A stretch of DNA of 64,000 bases, from NCBI GenBank assembly GCA_009859145.1, contig VRVR01000054.1, positions 124,001 to 188,000 on the forward strand, in the 5' to 3' direction. Every line of letters starts with the position of its first letter. Within the stretch, counting starts at the first letter, position 1. Shown here piece after piece: positions 20,128-30,334 of this stretch. Source of the stretch: Andalucia godoyi And28. Taxonomy: Eukaryota > Protista > Jakobida. A program made the position numbers and the translations under genes. The notes beneath the pieces are model-generated. The model was given only the letters and a program-made list of their open reading frames with translations. It ran no database searches and was not told the DNA's origin.

Positions 20128-21906
20128 CTATGGTCGAAGTTCAGAGGAGAGGATGGCTTTTGCACTTTCTCCGTTCATGATTGTGCGTATACGCTTGCCA
20201 AAGACGACGAGACGTCGTTTGGGTGGGAACACGCTTTCGTCCACCTGCATGTCCTCTGCACACAGAGGAAGGACATCCTTCTCGAGCCGATCGAAAAACC
20301 TGAACAGCACAGTGGCCTTGTCCATCCGCGTCGGAAGTCTGGTTCGCGGCTGATGCTCGAGCACATTGATAAACTCCCTCGCGGTTGAAACCGCCTTCAT
20401 GAGCATCTTTTCTGACCTCAGCTCGTCGTCCGGTTCCTCGCTTTCTCCACTCAATTCCTTTTCAGCCGACTCCACGACGCTTGCATCCTTTTCCTTTTCC
20501 TTTTCCTTCTCTGTAACTCTTTCAGCCGCCCGCTCACGCTCCTTTTCCTTCTCCTTCTCTGCTTCCTTAGCACTGACTCCCTCACCTTGGAACGCACCGC
20601 AAAACTCCAGGACCATGCCTTTGATTCGGAATGCAACGGCATCTGGATCCAGAGGAGGCAGCTTGTTGCGTAGCGAATCGAGTGCCGACGCGGTCTCCTG
20701 CACTGATGCAAATCCACACAACAAATCCACCAGCGTCTCTGGATGCACCGCCCGCAGCATGACTCGCAGCGTCGTTAGGTCCACAGCTGACCGAACTGCA
20801 AACGTCGCGGTTGGATTGGGATTGGGATTAGGGTTGGGATTGGGGTTGGGGTTGGGATTGCTATTGGGATTGCTGCCGGGATTGCTGCCGGGATTATTGC
20901 CGGGATTGCTGTTGGCATTGGAACTTGGGTTTCCGGATGTGCTTGCATTGGCACTTGTGGTCGTGGTTGTGGATGTACCCGCCGTGCTTGCACTGGCACT
21001 GGTTGAGGATCCAGACGCTCCCGACCCATTCGCCAAGGAAGTCGATCCCGATGATGCCTGACCGCTGTTCAGACCACCGATTGCTCCTTGCTGTTGCTGT
21101 AGTTGTTGCTGTTGCTGTTGCTGTGATGGGTTCGCGTAGCTACCGTTCTGATGAATGCCCCCACCATTCAGGCTCTGTCCGCCTAACCCTGAAGAGCGCG
21201 ATTTCTTTGCCAGCGGCCCACCCGGGGCTTTCGGCACTGAATGCGACTGCGACTGCGACTGCGACTGTGACTGTGACTGTGACTGTTGTTGCGACACCGA
21301 TTGCAACTGTGACTGTGGCTGCGAGGGCACTGACTGCGATTGAGATGGCTGCTGTGGTTGCGAGGCAGCATCACTGATAAACGAAGGCAAGGACAGTGTA
21401 TCGGACCTGTCATCGATATCCGAGTCGTCGCCATTGTCCGGATTGTCGGCATTGTCCGGATTGTCGGCATTGTCCAGATTGTCGACATTGTCCGGATTGT
21501 CGGCATTGGCACTAGAGATGGGATCGTCGTCATCGTCTTCCCAGGTGGCCGACCCATTCCTAGTGGGTCGTTTCGAGCCCGAAAGCGACGTGCCCGACTT
21601 CATTAGCAAGTCCTCGTCAAAGTCCGCGAACTCCGCCGACATGTCATTGAAGCCGCGGTGGGCGTGGACTGACATTGAGTTTGCTTGCAGACTTGCAAAC
21701 TGCGCGGGATTCAGCCTCCGCAAGAACGCCCGGCGGTTGCAAAACCACGTGTGGATTCGCGACGCATCTTCGCCAAGGTCCTCCGAAAGCTTCATCAGGT
21801 CCGACCGCGAAGGATACATCTCTGCTTGAAAAAATGCATCCAGAGAATCCGTCGTCGCCTTGGAAAACCGCTTCCGAATAATCCCGGCACCACGAGCCCC
21901 AAACAT
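20128..21906 (-). CDS. Homeodomain transcription factor (N-terminal homeodomain, low-complexity middle, unknown helical C-terminal domain)
   Basis: Probable ATG at 21906. RKRFSKATTDSLDAFFQAEMYPSRSDLMKLSEDLGEDASRIHTWFCNRRAFLRR carries the homeodomain helix-3 WFxNRR. Upstream in-frame codons are AT-rich intergenic sequence; an extra 5' exon is not excluded. Confidence 0.88.
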   Translation of the reverse strand: MFGARGAGIIRKRFSKATTDSLDAFFQAEMYPSRSDLMKLSEDLGEDASRIHTWFCNRRAFLRRLNPAQFASLQANSMSVHAHRGFNDMSAEFADFDEDLLMKSGTSLSGSKRPTRNGSATWEDDDDDPISSANADNPDNVDNLDNADNPDNADNPDNGDDSDIDDRSDTLSLPSFISDAASQPQQPSQSQSVPSQPQSQLQSVSQQQSQSQSQSQSQSQSHSVPKAPGGPLAKKSRSSGLGGQSLNGGGIHQNGSYANPSQQQQQQQLQQQQGAIGGLNSGQASSGSTSLANGSGASGSSTSASASTAGTSTTTTTSANASTSGNPSSNANSNPGNNPGSNPGSNPNSNPNPNPNPNPNPNPNPTATFAVRSAVDLTTLRVMLRAVHPETLVDLLCGFASVQETASALDSLRNKLPPLDPDAVAFRIKGMVLEFCGAFQGEGVSAKEAEKEKEKERERAAERVTEKEKEKEKDASVVESAEKELSGESEEPDDELRSEKMLMKAVSTAREFINVLEHQPRTRLPTRMDKATVLFRFFDRLEKDVLPLCAEDMQVDESVFPPKRRLVVFGKRIRTIMNGESAKAILSSELRP

Positions 21907-22494
21907 CCCCCACAAACGACCCTTACTGAATCCAATCGAGAGTGTTTCAACAATGTAAATTGGGGACAGTAAGAAAAGAAAGAACACGAGAAAAAGGTGA
22001 TTAAAAAAAGAAAAAAGGAGCACACAATTCATACATAGAAGAGATCCTACTTTGTATTTCCAACTCTTTTTTCTTAGATTTTCTTTCTTTTTTTTTTCTC
22101 CTTTCAAAAATTTAAGTTTAATTAAATATCATTGTCATTTCTCCATTGCTGTTTATTTGGTCGCTTCATCGCCTTTTGATTGCAGATTGAGAATAGAGAG
22201 AATGGAGGATTGAGGCTTGTCTTTCAGACTCTGCTCTGATCGGTGGATGACAGGCTGCACGCACTGCGGCGATATTAGGACGTAGTGATGGTTTTTGATG
22301 GCAGACCGGCTGTCGTGTCATGTCAACTGCCGGTGAGTGTTGTTTCTGTTCGCGCAGCATCTTTTTGAAACTTGAGGCTTGAGACACAGTCTATTTCTGG
22401 ACTTCGCGCGAGGTACAGCAGCAGAATTGCCGCTTTTCTGTTCCCGACAGTTTTTGCGCCTCCATTTCTTCCTTCTTCTTTTCTCTTTTCTTCC

Positions 22495-22546
22495 TTGCTC
22501 TTTGCTCTTTGCTCTTTGCTCTTTGCTCTTTGCTCTTTGCTCTTTG
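22495..22546. repeat. (TTTGCTC)n heptanucleotide repeat in the homeobox/ACOX divergent spacer
   Basis: Direct inspection; about 7 units. Confidence 0.9.
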
Positions 22547-22664
22547 TTCATTAGAAAGAGTTTACAAAGCCCACGACAATTGCTATAAAAGAGCGTACAA
22601 TTTAATTCCCGCGGCGCCACCACCAGCACCAAGCCACCGCCAGGTACAGACAGCTACGTGAAGA

Positions 22665-25346
22665 ATGGACTCGATTGGAAAAAGGGTTCACCGCATTGCA
22701 CGTCATTTGAATCCTTGTTGTCTTAATGATGATGCTGATGGTTATGACCGAGGAGATAGAGATGGGGTGATTTGTGAGCCGGGTGCCGTTGTGGGGGCCG
22801 TCGATGCATCTGGACGAGTAGCTGTGCGCCACAGTGCGCTCCAGACGAGTGACATTCAGAGGTTTTTGCAGCATTCTCGCCATGCGCTACGGGCCAAGGT
22901 GACGGACTGGCTGTTCAGCTCGGAGTTTGCGCCTCTTTACCGCCCGGTGTACGACTTGGGGATGCATGAATCACGCGCGCTGACACTGGTCCGAGTGCTT
23001 GCGTTTGCAAGCCAGCAGTTCATCAAGATGGAGAACGCGTCTGGAAAAGACCTGCTTTCGTTTTTTGCGCCGCTGGAGGTCGTTTCAATCTTGGACCAGA
23101 ACTTGTCCACAAAGATTGGTGTGCAGTACACGCTGTGGGGAGCATCGGTGGCCTCGCTTGGATCTGCGCGCCATGCGTCGATCCTGAATGCCATTGATTC
23201 GGGGCTTCATCCCAACTCGGACTTTTTTGCACCGGACTGCCCCATCCGTATTGCAGGGTTCCAGGGACGCATGCAGTACAAGCCTGAAGAGTGTGTGTCG
23301 CCCGACAAGAATTTTGGAGTGACGGAATTGCTGAGAAATGGACTTCCGACGTTTCCAGGCTGCTTTGCACTCACAGAGCTTACGCATGGGTCTAATGCAC
23401 GGGGGATCGAAACAACGATTACGCTCGATCAGGCCTCGGGAGACCTGATTGTGCATACCCCTAGCGATGGCGCACAGAAAATGTGGATTGGAAACGCCGC
23501 CGAACACGGAATCATGGCGACTGTCTTTGGAAACTTGATTGTGAATGGGAAGAACGAAGGGATACACGCGGTTGTTGTGCAGATTCGCGAGCCGGAGGAG
23601 GACTGCCTTATGTTTTCCGGATGCAACTGGAAATTCAAGTTTACAAAGGGGGTGCAGATCCGCGACTGTGGAGTTAAGATGGGGTTGAATGGCGTCGACA
23701 ACGGACGCATGCAGTTTGACAATGTCCGAGTTCCACGTGCGCATTTGCTCAACCGATTCGGAGACATTGTCGAGAACAAGAACAGAAAGTCTGACTCGGA
23801 CCCGCGCTTCGTGTATTCCTCACCGATTGCGGATGTCTCCAAGAGATTCCAGCACACCATTGGAGAGCTGGTGGGGGGTCGCGTGGGAGTTGCTGGCACC
23901 GCACTCACACACTGCTGTTCTGCGCTTGCCGTCACCCTCAAGTACGCCTCCCATCGATTGCAATTCGGACCACCGGGTGTGAATGCACCGGAAGTTGCCT
24001 TGCTTTCGTACACGACCCATCAAATGTGGCTCGTCCCATTGCTGGCGCGAACGGTTTGCTACCGCGTTTTGCAAAATCAAATTCGGGCTCTGTACGCAGC
24101 GCGAAAACATGCAGATCGCATGTCGATCTCGAAGGATGGCGCGAAGCCAGGAACCTTTGCGGAGCCGGTGTCGTACGGAAAGGGATTCCAGATTCTGGGG
24201 CTTTCGTTTTCCGTCAAGGAGGCCTTTTCAGCGGGAGCGCTGACCAAGGAAAAGAGCGGCAGCAGCACAGGTGCCCAAAAAGGGGAGCCTGCGGACCCGA
24301 TTCCTGTGATTCCGCTGTCACATGTCGAGCTGTTGGCGAATGGGATCAAGCCAATCGCAACGTGGCTGCAAATTGAGTGTCTGCAGCGATGTCGTGAACT
24401 GTGTGGCGGTATGGGAATGATGGCCCAAAACCGCATTGGAGTGCTGGCAACAGATGCGAATGTCGCGGTTTCCTATGAGGGCGAGAATTCTCTTCTGCTG
24501 CAGCAAGTTGCAAAAACGCTGCTTGGTGACCTCTCAAAAATGTATAAGTCGCAAGGCGTTGTTCGGGCATCCTTCTCTGTGTTTGTCTCGCGGTTGGAAA
24601 CGGCGTTTGTGGACAAGAACCCTTACGCCACGCATCGCACTGATCCTGATCATTTGCTCGATTCGTCCACTCTTGCCAAAGCATTCCTGTATCGCTACCA
24701 CAGGGCGCTTCTGGATCTCGCGACCGAACTGCAGGCTCTCAATGCGCAGCTGACGAATGCCGAGAAGCAACTATCGAAGCAAAATAAGGAATATAAGAGA
24801 AAGACAAAGGCCGAAGTCGGTTTCGAGGCCTGGAACCGGTGCTTGCCGCTTGCATTGGAAGCTGGCAAGGCGTTTATGGATGCTGCCGTCCTGGACCGTA
24901 TGATGTATGTGTTGTACCAGAAGGGTCCTCAGCCAGCGTCCACGAATCCCATCTTCGATGATATTGTGGATTTGTGCCCGGAGTCCATCCGATCGGATAT
25001 GCAGACGCTGACGGAGATTTACGCTTTGGATGTTCTCGAGCGCAATGCTGCCTTTTTCCTTTCTCGCCGCTACTTTTCGCCACGAAAGACCTCTGCAATC
25101 CATTCGTTGTTGCTGGAGAAATGCCGAGAGTATGCACCGCGCGCAGTCACTGTCGCTGGTAGCATCTTCGATCCGCGATTTATGCAGCTCGCACCTGCAG
25201 CTCGGGACAACTACGTAGGCCAGTTTGCCTTCCGTGAGCCAGGAAAGGGAGACTTGACGGATGCAGACTCCAATCCCGAGCTCGTCTCCTTGCTCCAGTC
25301 CTTGTCGGCGTGTGAACTGGATCCCCGAATTGTCCACCGTCCCTGA
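22665..25346 (+). CDS. ACOX: Peroxisomal acyl-CoA oxidase with an N-terminal PTS2
   Basis: TKIGVQYTLWG, GCFALTELTHGSNARGIETT, AQKMWIGNAA, KMGLNGVDNG, CRELCGGMG, SYEGENSLLLQQ. The N-terminus contains RVHRIARHL. Confidence 0.93.
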   Translation: MDSIGKRVHRIARHLNPCCLNDDADGYDRGDRDGVICEPGAVVGAVDASGRVAVRHSALQTSDIQRFLQHSRHALRAKVTDWLFSSEFAPLYRPVYDLGMHESRALTLVRVLAFASQQFIKMENASGKDLLSFFAPLEVVSILDQNLSTKIGVQYTLWGASVASLGSARHASILNAIDSGLHPNSDFFAPDCPIRIAGFQGRMQYKPEECVSPDKNFGVTELLRNGLPTFPGCFALTELTHGSNARGIETTITLDQASGDLIVHTPSDGAQKMWIGNAAEHGIMATVFGNLIVNGKNEGIHAVVVQIREPEEDCLMFSGCNWKFKFTKGVQIRDCGVKMGLNGVDNGRMQFDNVRVPRAHLLNRFGDIVENKNRKSDSDPRFVYSSPIADVSKRFQHTIGELVGGRVGVAGTALTHCCSALAVTLKYASHRLQFGPPGVNAPEVALLSYTTHQMWLVPLLARTVCYRVLQNQIRALYAARKHADRMSISKDGAKPGTFAEPVSYGKGFQILGLSFSVKEAFSAGALTKEKSGSSTGAQKGEPADPIPVIPLSHVELLANGIKPIATWLQIECLQRCRELCGGMGMMAQNRIGVLATDANVAVSYEGENSLLLQQVAKTLLGDLSKMYKSQGVVRASFSVFVSRLETAFVDKNPYATHRTDPDHLLDSSTLAKAFLYRYHRALLDLATELQALNAQLTNAEKQLSKQNKEYKRKTKAEVGFEAWNRCLPLALEAGKAFMDAAVLDRMMYVLYQKGPQPASTNPIFDDIVDLCPESIRSDMQTLTEIYALDVLERNAAFFLSRRYFSPRKTSAIHSLLLEKCREYAPRAVTVAGSIFDPRFMQLAPAARDNYVGQFAFREPGKGDLTDADSNPELVSLLQSLSACELDPRIVHRP

Positions 25347-25852
25347 CCGTCTATCATCTGCATCTGATTGTCTGTAAAATATTGCTGTTGTCGTTCCTGG
25401 CGCGTTCTTCGCAATTCTCAGCTATATTCCAGTGTGTCGACCAGCCTTTTCTGCTCAAAACAGCAACAACAAACGACCTTGTTGCTCGCACCGCGCGCGC
25501 CTTCGGATTTCAATCAATGTATCACACTCAGAGCACACCTTCACCCACGGATTGACGACGTCCGTTTGTTATGCCCTTTTCAGCTCGATAGATGATTTCA
25601 TCCACATGGATGACTCCCACCATCATCAGCGCCGTCGGTCTGGACTTGGACTCGCCATCTCATTCTTGCTCTGCGATTCTCTTCACTGTTGCCAGAAGCA
25701 GATGACAATGAAGACTTGCGTCTTTTTCTTTTTCTTTCTTTTTTTGGGCTGCGCGGCAACGAGGCAAAAAGAAAAGAGATGGAGCATACAGTACTTCTAC
25801 AGGGATTTTAATTAATCGAAACATCCATGCACGGGAGCTGCCTAGGAGGAGG

Positions 25853-26200
25853 TCATTCGTGATGGGACGGTGTGGATGAAGTGAGTTGAGGGGCAGCAGC
25901 TTCCCATTCATCTCTTGTAAGAGCCTTGATCTGAAGAGCATGGATCGACTCAGCCATCTCCACCGCAAGCACCTCAAACACCCTTCGATGTCTCTGGACG
26001 CGGCTCAGTCCAGCAAACACCGGACTTACAACCACGACTGCGAAATGCGACTCGGCCGACTGGATGCCCTTCATCGCAGCATGTCCCGCATGCTTTGCAG
26101 AATCGTTCCTGATCTCGAGAAAGTCGACGGGACCAAACGCTGCACTCAGCTTTTCGGCCATCGCTGCAGAAACTGGACCGCCAACCGCCGTAGTCACCAT
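25853..26200 (-). CDS. BOLA1: BolA-like protein (BOLA1 type)
   Basis: LEIRNDSAKHAGH...ESHFAVVVVSPVFAGLSRVQRHRRVFEVL...IHALQIKALTRDEW. The first in-frame ATG is at 26200; the ORF-track start at 26377 is a TTG. Confidence 0.9.
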   Translation of the reverse strand: MVTTAVGGPVSAAMAEKLSAAFGPVDFLEIRNDSAKHAGHAAMKGIQSAESHFAVVVVSPVFAGLSRVQRHRRVFEVLAVEMAESIHALQIKALTRDEWEAAAPQLTSSTPSHHE

Positions 26201-26384
26201 GGAAGCAAACGTCCGTATTAAACAATCTCGCGGCGCGTGCACTTGCAAGAGCCAAGAAGCACGTTTCGTAACCCCCTGCTGCACTCGCGCTACGATCCAC
26301 GCAATTTTCAGTCCAGGGCAAAGAAAGAAAAAAAAAGAGGAGGTATTTAAAAGTGAAGAAGAAGAATCATAGCCCAACGACGCC

Positions 26385-26498
26385 CCAATATCACCATTGC
26401 CAAGTTCCCACAGTCCAACGCCAATAGCAGTCGGCCAATGCCCCCTGTAGATTGCCTTTTAAGATGTTGTTACAGTCGTTTTCATGGTATTTTCGCGC
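26385..26498. promoter_or_regulatory. Candidate bidirectional promoter (BolA/NOP9) with three CCAAT boxes and an E2F-like TTTCGCGC
   Basis: CCAAT at 26385, 26421 and 26435; TTTCGCGC at 26491-26498. Function is inferred only. Confidence 0.35.
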
Positions 26499-26677
26499 AT
26501 CGTTTTTCCTCGCTGCGAATCAATATTTATGGATGATGTTCGCGCCTAGTCCGCGTTTCTCGTTTGTTTTTCATTTTTATTTTTCCATACAGACGAATTA
26601 AAAGAGGAGGTGCGCTTGCTCGTTTTTTAAATTTTTCATTCTTCGCGTTTTTTTTTTTTGTCTTCTCTGCCGGGACA

Positions 26678-28408
26678 ATGTCTGAAGCGACGGGTGTGCC
26701 GGGGGCGCTTCGGGCGAACCCACATCGGCCGGACCGAACGACGATTGACTATTTCCGGCGGATTGAAGGACTGATTCAGAAGAAGGCGCTGGCGGAATCG
26801 GATGCGAAGCTTGTGCTGTCTGACTTGGTGGAGGAGAAGGGCGCTGATCTTGAGAAGACGATGTGCGATGTTTTGTGCTCGCGGACGATTGAGCAGATCA
26901 TCCCGTTACTGACGCAGCAGGAAACAGTTCGGCTGACGAACTTGTTTTCGAGTCGGGTTGCCATCTTTGCGGTTGATCGACATGCTTCTCATGTGCTGGA
27001 GACTGCGTTGGTGCATACCACTGTGGACAGCCCCAAGGAGCTCAACATCAATCACAATAACCAGAGCAACAATCAGAGCAAGAGGACGCGGAGAGTGTAC
27101 TTTTCACGGGTTTTGCTAAACGTTGTTCGCGAACTGTTCATTTCTAAAGAGGCGATTGCGAACTTGGCGAAGGACGCGTATGGATCGCATGTGCTTCGAA
27201 CTGTGCTGGTGCATATTGGGAAGCCATTGGCGTTTTTGACGAGGACCGATGCACAGAAGCATGGTTCCAGCAATGGTGGTGGCGACAACAATGACGATGA
27301 GAACAAAATTGGGGACGAGGAAGAAGGCGACGGGGAGAATGACGTGGCAAAAGCAACATGGCTTCGAGACAGAGCCTCGAGGTCCCAGGACTACGCAGTC
27401 GAGTATTTTGCAGATGGATCAGAAAAGGCAGATGCAAAAACCAGGGATTCCACAATTGCCGAGTTGAAGAAGTTGTTCAAGAGGTTCTCAGAAACGATCT
27501 TTGAGAACTTTGCAACGCTTTGTGTCGACGATTTCGGCTCGTTTGTCGTGCAGGCACTTGTGGAAGCCGTACCGCCGCCAAAGATGCCCACTGTGATCGA
27601 CGCCCAGTCGTTTTCAAGACTTGTGAACCACGAAAAGGGCGCTTTTGTGCTCCAGAAGCTCGCAGAGTGTGTGCCTTCGAAGCGGTGGTTCCGCTTTATC
27701 AAGGATAACATTGCCGACTACGCGTCTTCCAATCCGGCAAACTTTGTTGTGCAGTCCATTCTGGAACACCAGCAGCTGTCGTTCAAGGAAAAACACGTCA
27801 TGGCCTTGTGCGAAGGGATTGCGGCGTCTAGAAGGAGGATTCCATCGCAGGTCTACCAGAAGGTCGTGAGTGTGATGAGCCGATATTTGTCGGTCCAGCA
27901 AAAGTACGCCGCATGGATTGTAGGTGTGGCGGATTCGACGAATGATGCGTTCTTGAAGACTGCCATTGCAGAGTCGTTTGTTCTGGAGTTTGTGAAGGAG
28001 CCCGATTGTTCTATGGAAGCGCTATGCAATCCATCTGGCTCGCGGATGTTTGAGTCCTTTTTACGAAACCCGCACATACCGTTCATTGCAAAGCAGAAAG
28101 TTATTCAGAAACTCAAAGGGCACATTGCAGCCTTGGCTTGCGACAAGTTTGGATCGCGTGTCGTGGAGCGTGCCTTTGGCGAGGCCGAGGATTCCAAGAG
28201 AAAATTCATTCTCAAGGAACTGGAGGCGGATCGCCGAAAACTGGAACGCGATCGGTTTGCCCGCTTTGTCGTCATCCATTGCATGTCCAAAGACGCCGAG
28301 GAAGAGGCAAAACACAAGTCGAGTGTCAAGCGAGAGTTGCAGCAACTGCTACTGGAGGAAGAGCAACAAGAAGGACAAACGGCTCGCAAGAAGGCCAGAC
28401 ACCATTGA
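26678..28408 (+). CDS. NOP9: Nucleolar protein 9 (Pumilio-repeat 18S rRNA processing factor)
   Basis: ATG at 26678 (MSEATG). PUF-like repeats carry the Nop9-type S-x-x-x-E/D motifs: DRHASHVLETAL, DAYGSHVLRTVL, DDFGSFVVQAL, NPSGSRMFESF, DKFGSRVVERAF. Confidence 0.82.
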   Translation: MSEATGVPGALRANPHRPDRTTIDYFRRIEGLIQKKALAESDAKLVLSDLVEEKGADLEKTMCDVLCSRTIEQIIPLLTQQETVRLTNLFSSRVAIFAVDRHASHVLETALVHTTVDSPKELNINHNNQSNNQSKRTRRVYFSRVLLNVVRELFISKEAIANLAKDAYGSHVLRTVLVHIGKPLAFLTRTDAQKHGSSNGGGDNNDDENKIGDEEEGDGENDVAKATWLRDRASRSQDYAVEYFADGSEKADAKTRDSTIAELKKLFKRFSETIFENFATLCVDDFGSFVVQALVEAVPPPKMPTVIDAQSFSRLVNHEKGAFVLQKLAECVPSKRWFRFIKDNIADYASSNPANFVVQSILEHQQLSFKEKHVMALCEGIAASRRRIPSQVYQKVVSVMSRYLSVQQKYAAWIVGVADSTNDAFLKTAIAESFVLEFVKEPDCSMEALCNPSGSRMFESFLRNPHIPFIAKQKVIQKLKGHIAALACDKFGSRVVERAFGEAEDSKRKFILKELEADRRKLERDRFARFVVIHCMSKDAEEEAKHKSSVKRELQQLLLEEEQQEGQTARKKARHH

Positions 28409-28634
28409 TGATGGCTGCGGAAGGTAGGTGAAAGAGAAGCTATTTTGGCTCACTTCTCGTGAAGTCTCCCTTTATCTTTCTTCTGCTTCTTCTTTCCTGT
28501 TTTCAACAGACAGTTTCTGTATTGTACAAACATAAAACAACAACAATAGCAACATAAATTAAGAGAGGAAACATGGACTACATTACATTGAATTCAATAA
28601 AGAAGCGCAGACCCTGGGGGTTGAACTAGAGGGG

Positions 28635-29987
28635 TCATTCATCTTCAGACCGAGGTCGTTTCCGATTGGATGGTCCGACGGGCTCTGCATCGCGCAACGA
28701 CGATGACGCTGCTGCGACCCGGGTGTGCATCTGATGTTGCTGTTTATCGCGTTCCACTGGAGGTTCGTGAGGATGACTTGCGTGGACTTCAGGATGCGGG
28801 CCTTGTGACTCGAGCCACGCTGAGAATTTCTCAAGTCTCTTTTCATCGTCAAGCGGGTTTTCCGGTTCATCAAACAGCTCGACGCCGTCCCAGAGGGCCG
28901 CAGCGACGACTCGGTTGTCGAAGCGCTTGCCATTGAGCCGATCGACACACTCCCGGGCATCTTTTGGATCCTTGAACTTGACGGTGACCACGCCTTGTGG
29001 ATGGAAGTCATGGACCTTGACTTTGAAGAACTCGCCTATTGTTTCTGCCATTGCCTCGACATCCTCCTTGATCTCCAGCGACGCCGTCAGGTTCGTTTCA
29101 AGATCCTTCGGATCAAACATGTTGCGAAACACCACTGTCCGCTGGCCCCTCTGGCTCTTGTCCGCAACACCATCCTTCCCTCGCCCACTCTCCACTGCAT
29201 CATCGTACAGCGTCCACACGATCTTTTTCTTCAGTTCCTCGCGCATCAACGCAGCACCCGCAGCAGTAGCCGCAGTACCACCACCACCAGCAGCAGCAGC
29301 AGCAACAACAACAACAGAAGCAGCAGCAGAAGAAGAAGCAGTCTTAGCCTTGGTTGTGGGAGGTGGTGGTTGGCTGCTTCCAGTCGCCCGTTGCTTGGCC
29401 TCCATGTCAAACTTTGCCTCCTGAACCGTAATCCGCGATCCAAAAACCACGCTTTGGTCCAGCAGAACAATCGCAAGCCCGACGCTCTCGGGCCGCAAGA
29501 ATTGCACCAGCGCATCGCCCTTGAGCTTCCTGCTCGCCCCATCGCGGTACAGCCGCACATTCCGAATCACTCCAGCCTTCTTGAACACAGATTCCACATC
29601 CGATTCGCTGAGTTCCTGATTTGTGCAGTCATTCACCACCGCAAGCCCACTCACATACACATTCGAGCCCGACCGTGGCCCAGCCTGAGCTGCTGTCCTT
29701 GATGGCACCTTGTCACGTCCTCTGTACTTGCTGCCGGTATCAGCGGCGATGGTGGAGGATGCATCGAGCGGACCGTCCATCTCGAGCCGCTGACGCAAGA
29801 GCGGCATGATGCTCGACGACGCCAGCGGATGCCATGCGTCAGCATCCGGATGCCACACTAACGTCAAGTCATTCACTTCGCCGCAGTCGTACAGATCACA
29901 CAGATCATCCAGCGTCACAGGGCCTTCCACACTCGCATCCGCCCCAACATAATGCAGCGACGTCGTGTCCATCTCATGGTCCATCAT
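28635..29987 (-). CDS. HTATSF1: Tat-SF1/CUS2 U2 snRNP factor (GYF_2-like domain + RRM + UHM)
   Basis: GPVTLDDLCDLY...LVWHPDADAWHPL (GYF_2-like); NVYVSGL...KLKGDALVQFLRPESVGLAIVLLD (RRM1); VVFRNMFDP...HPQGVVTVKF...LNGKRFDNRVVAAALWDG (UHM). First ATG at 29987. Confidence 0.92.
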   Translation of the reverse strand: MMDHEMDTTSLHYVGADASVEGPVTLDDLCDLYDCGEVNDLTLVWHPDADAWHPLASSSIMPLLRQRLEMDGPLDASSTIAADTGSKYRGRDKVPSRTAAQAGPRSGSNVYVSGLAVVNDCTNQELSESDVESVFKKAGVIRNVRLYRDGASRKLKGDALVQFLRPESVGLAIVLLDQSVVFGSRITVQEAKFDMEAKQRATGSSQPPPPTTKAKTASSSAAASVVVVAAAAAGGGGTAATAAGAALMREELKKKIVWTLYDDAVESGRGKDGVADKSQRGQRTVVFRNMFDPKDLETNLTASLEIKEDVEAMAETIGEFFKVKVHDFHPQGVVTVKFKDPKDARECVDRLNGKRFDNRVVAAALWDGVELFDEPENPLDDEKRLEKFSAWLESQGPHPEVHASHPHEPPVERDKQQHQMHTRVAAASSSLRDAEPVGPSNRKRPRSEDE

Positions 29988-30287
29988 CTCCCCATCCACC
30001 CCACCCAAACCCTAATCACAATCCTCGACCTCACGTGCCTGTGCTTACCTTTTCCTTGCAATTCGCGATCTGAAAGCTGGAATATTCCGCAACACACAAT
30101 AGAATAACCCGCCAGAAAAACCCCAGTTAAAAAAACCTCGATTAACTACTGTCGTTTGCTGCGTATCTTTTCTTCCTGCATTCCGATTATTCTTTATTCG
30201 GAAATCTAACCCTAGCCTAGGGTTCATCTCGCTCTTTTCCCCCCTTCGTTTCTTCGTCAAACCTGTCTGTCGTTTTCTTTTTCCTTA

Positions 30288-30334
30288 CTTCTGTTTCTGT
30301 TTCTGTTTCTGTTTCTGTTTCTGTTTCTGTTTCT
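30288..30334. repeat. (TTTCTG)n hexanucleotide repeat
   Basis: Direct inspection. Confidence 0.85.

Noticed and set aside
21400-21510. DNPDNA/NPNP repeats resembling Plasmodium CSP repeats
   Set aside because: This is low-complexity linker inside the homeodomain protein; the similarity is compositional.
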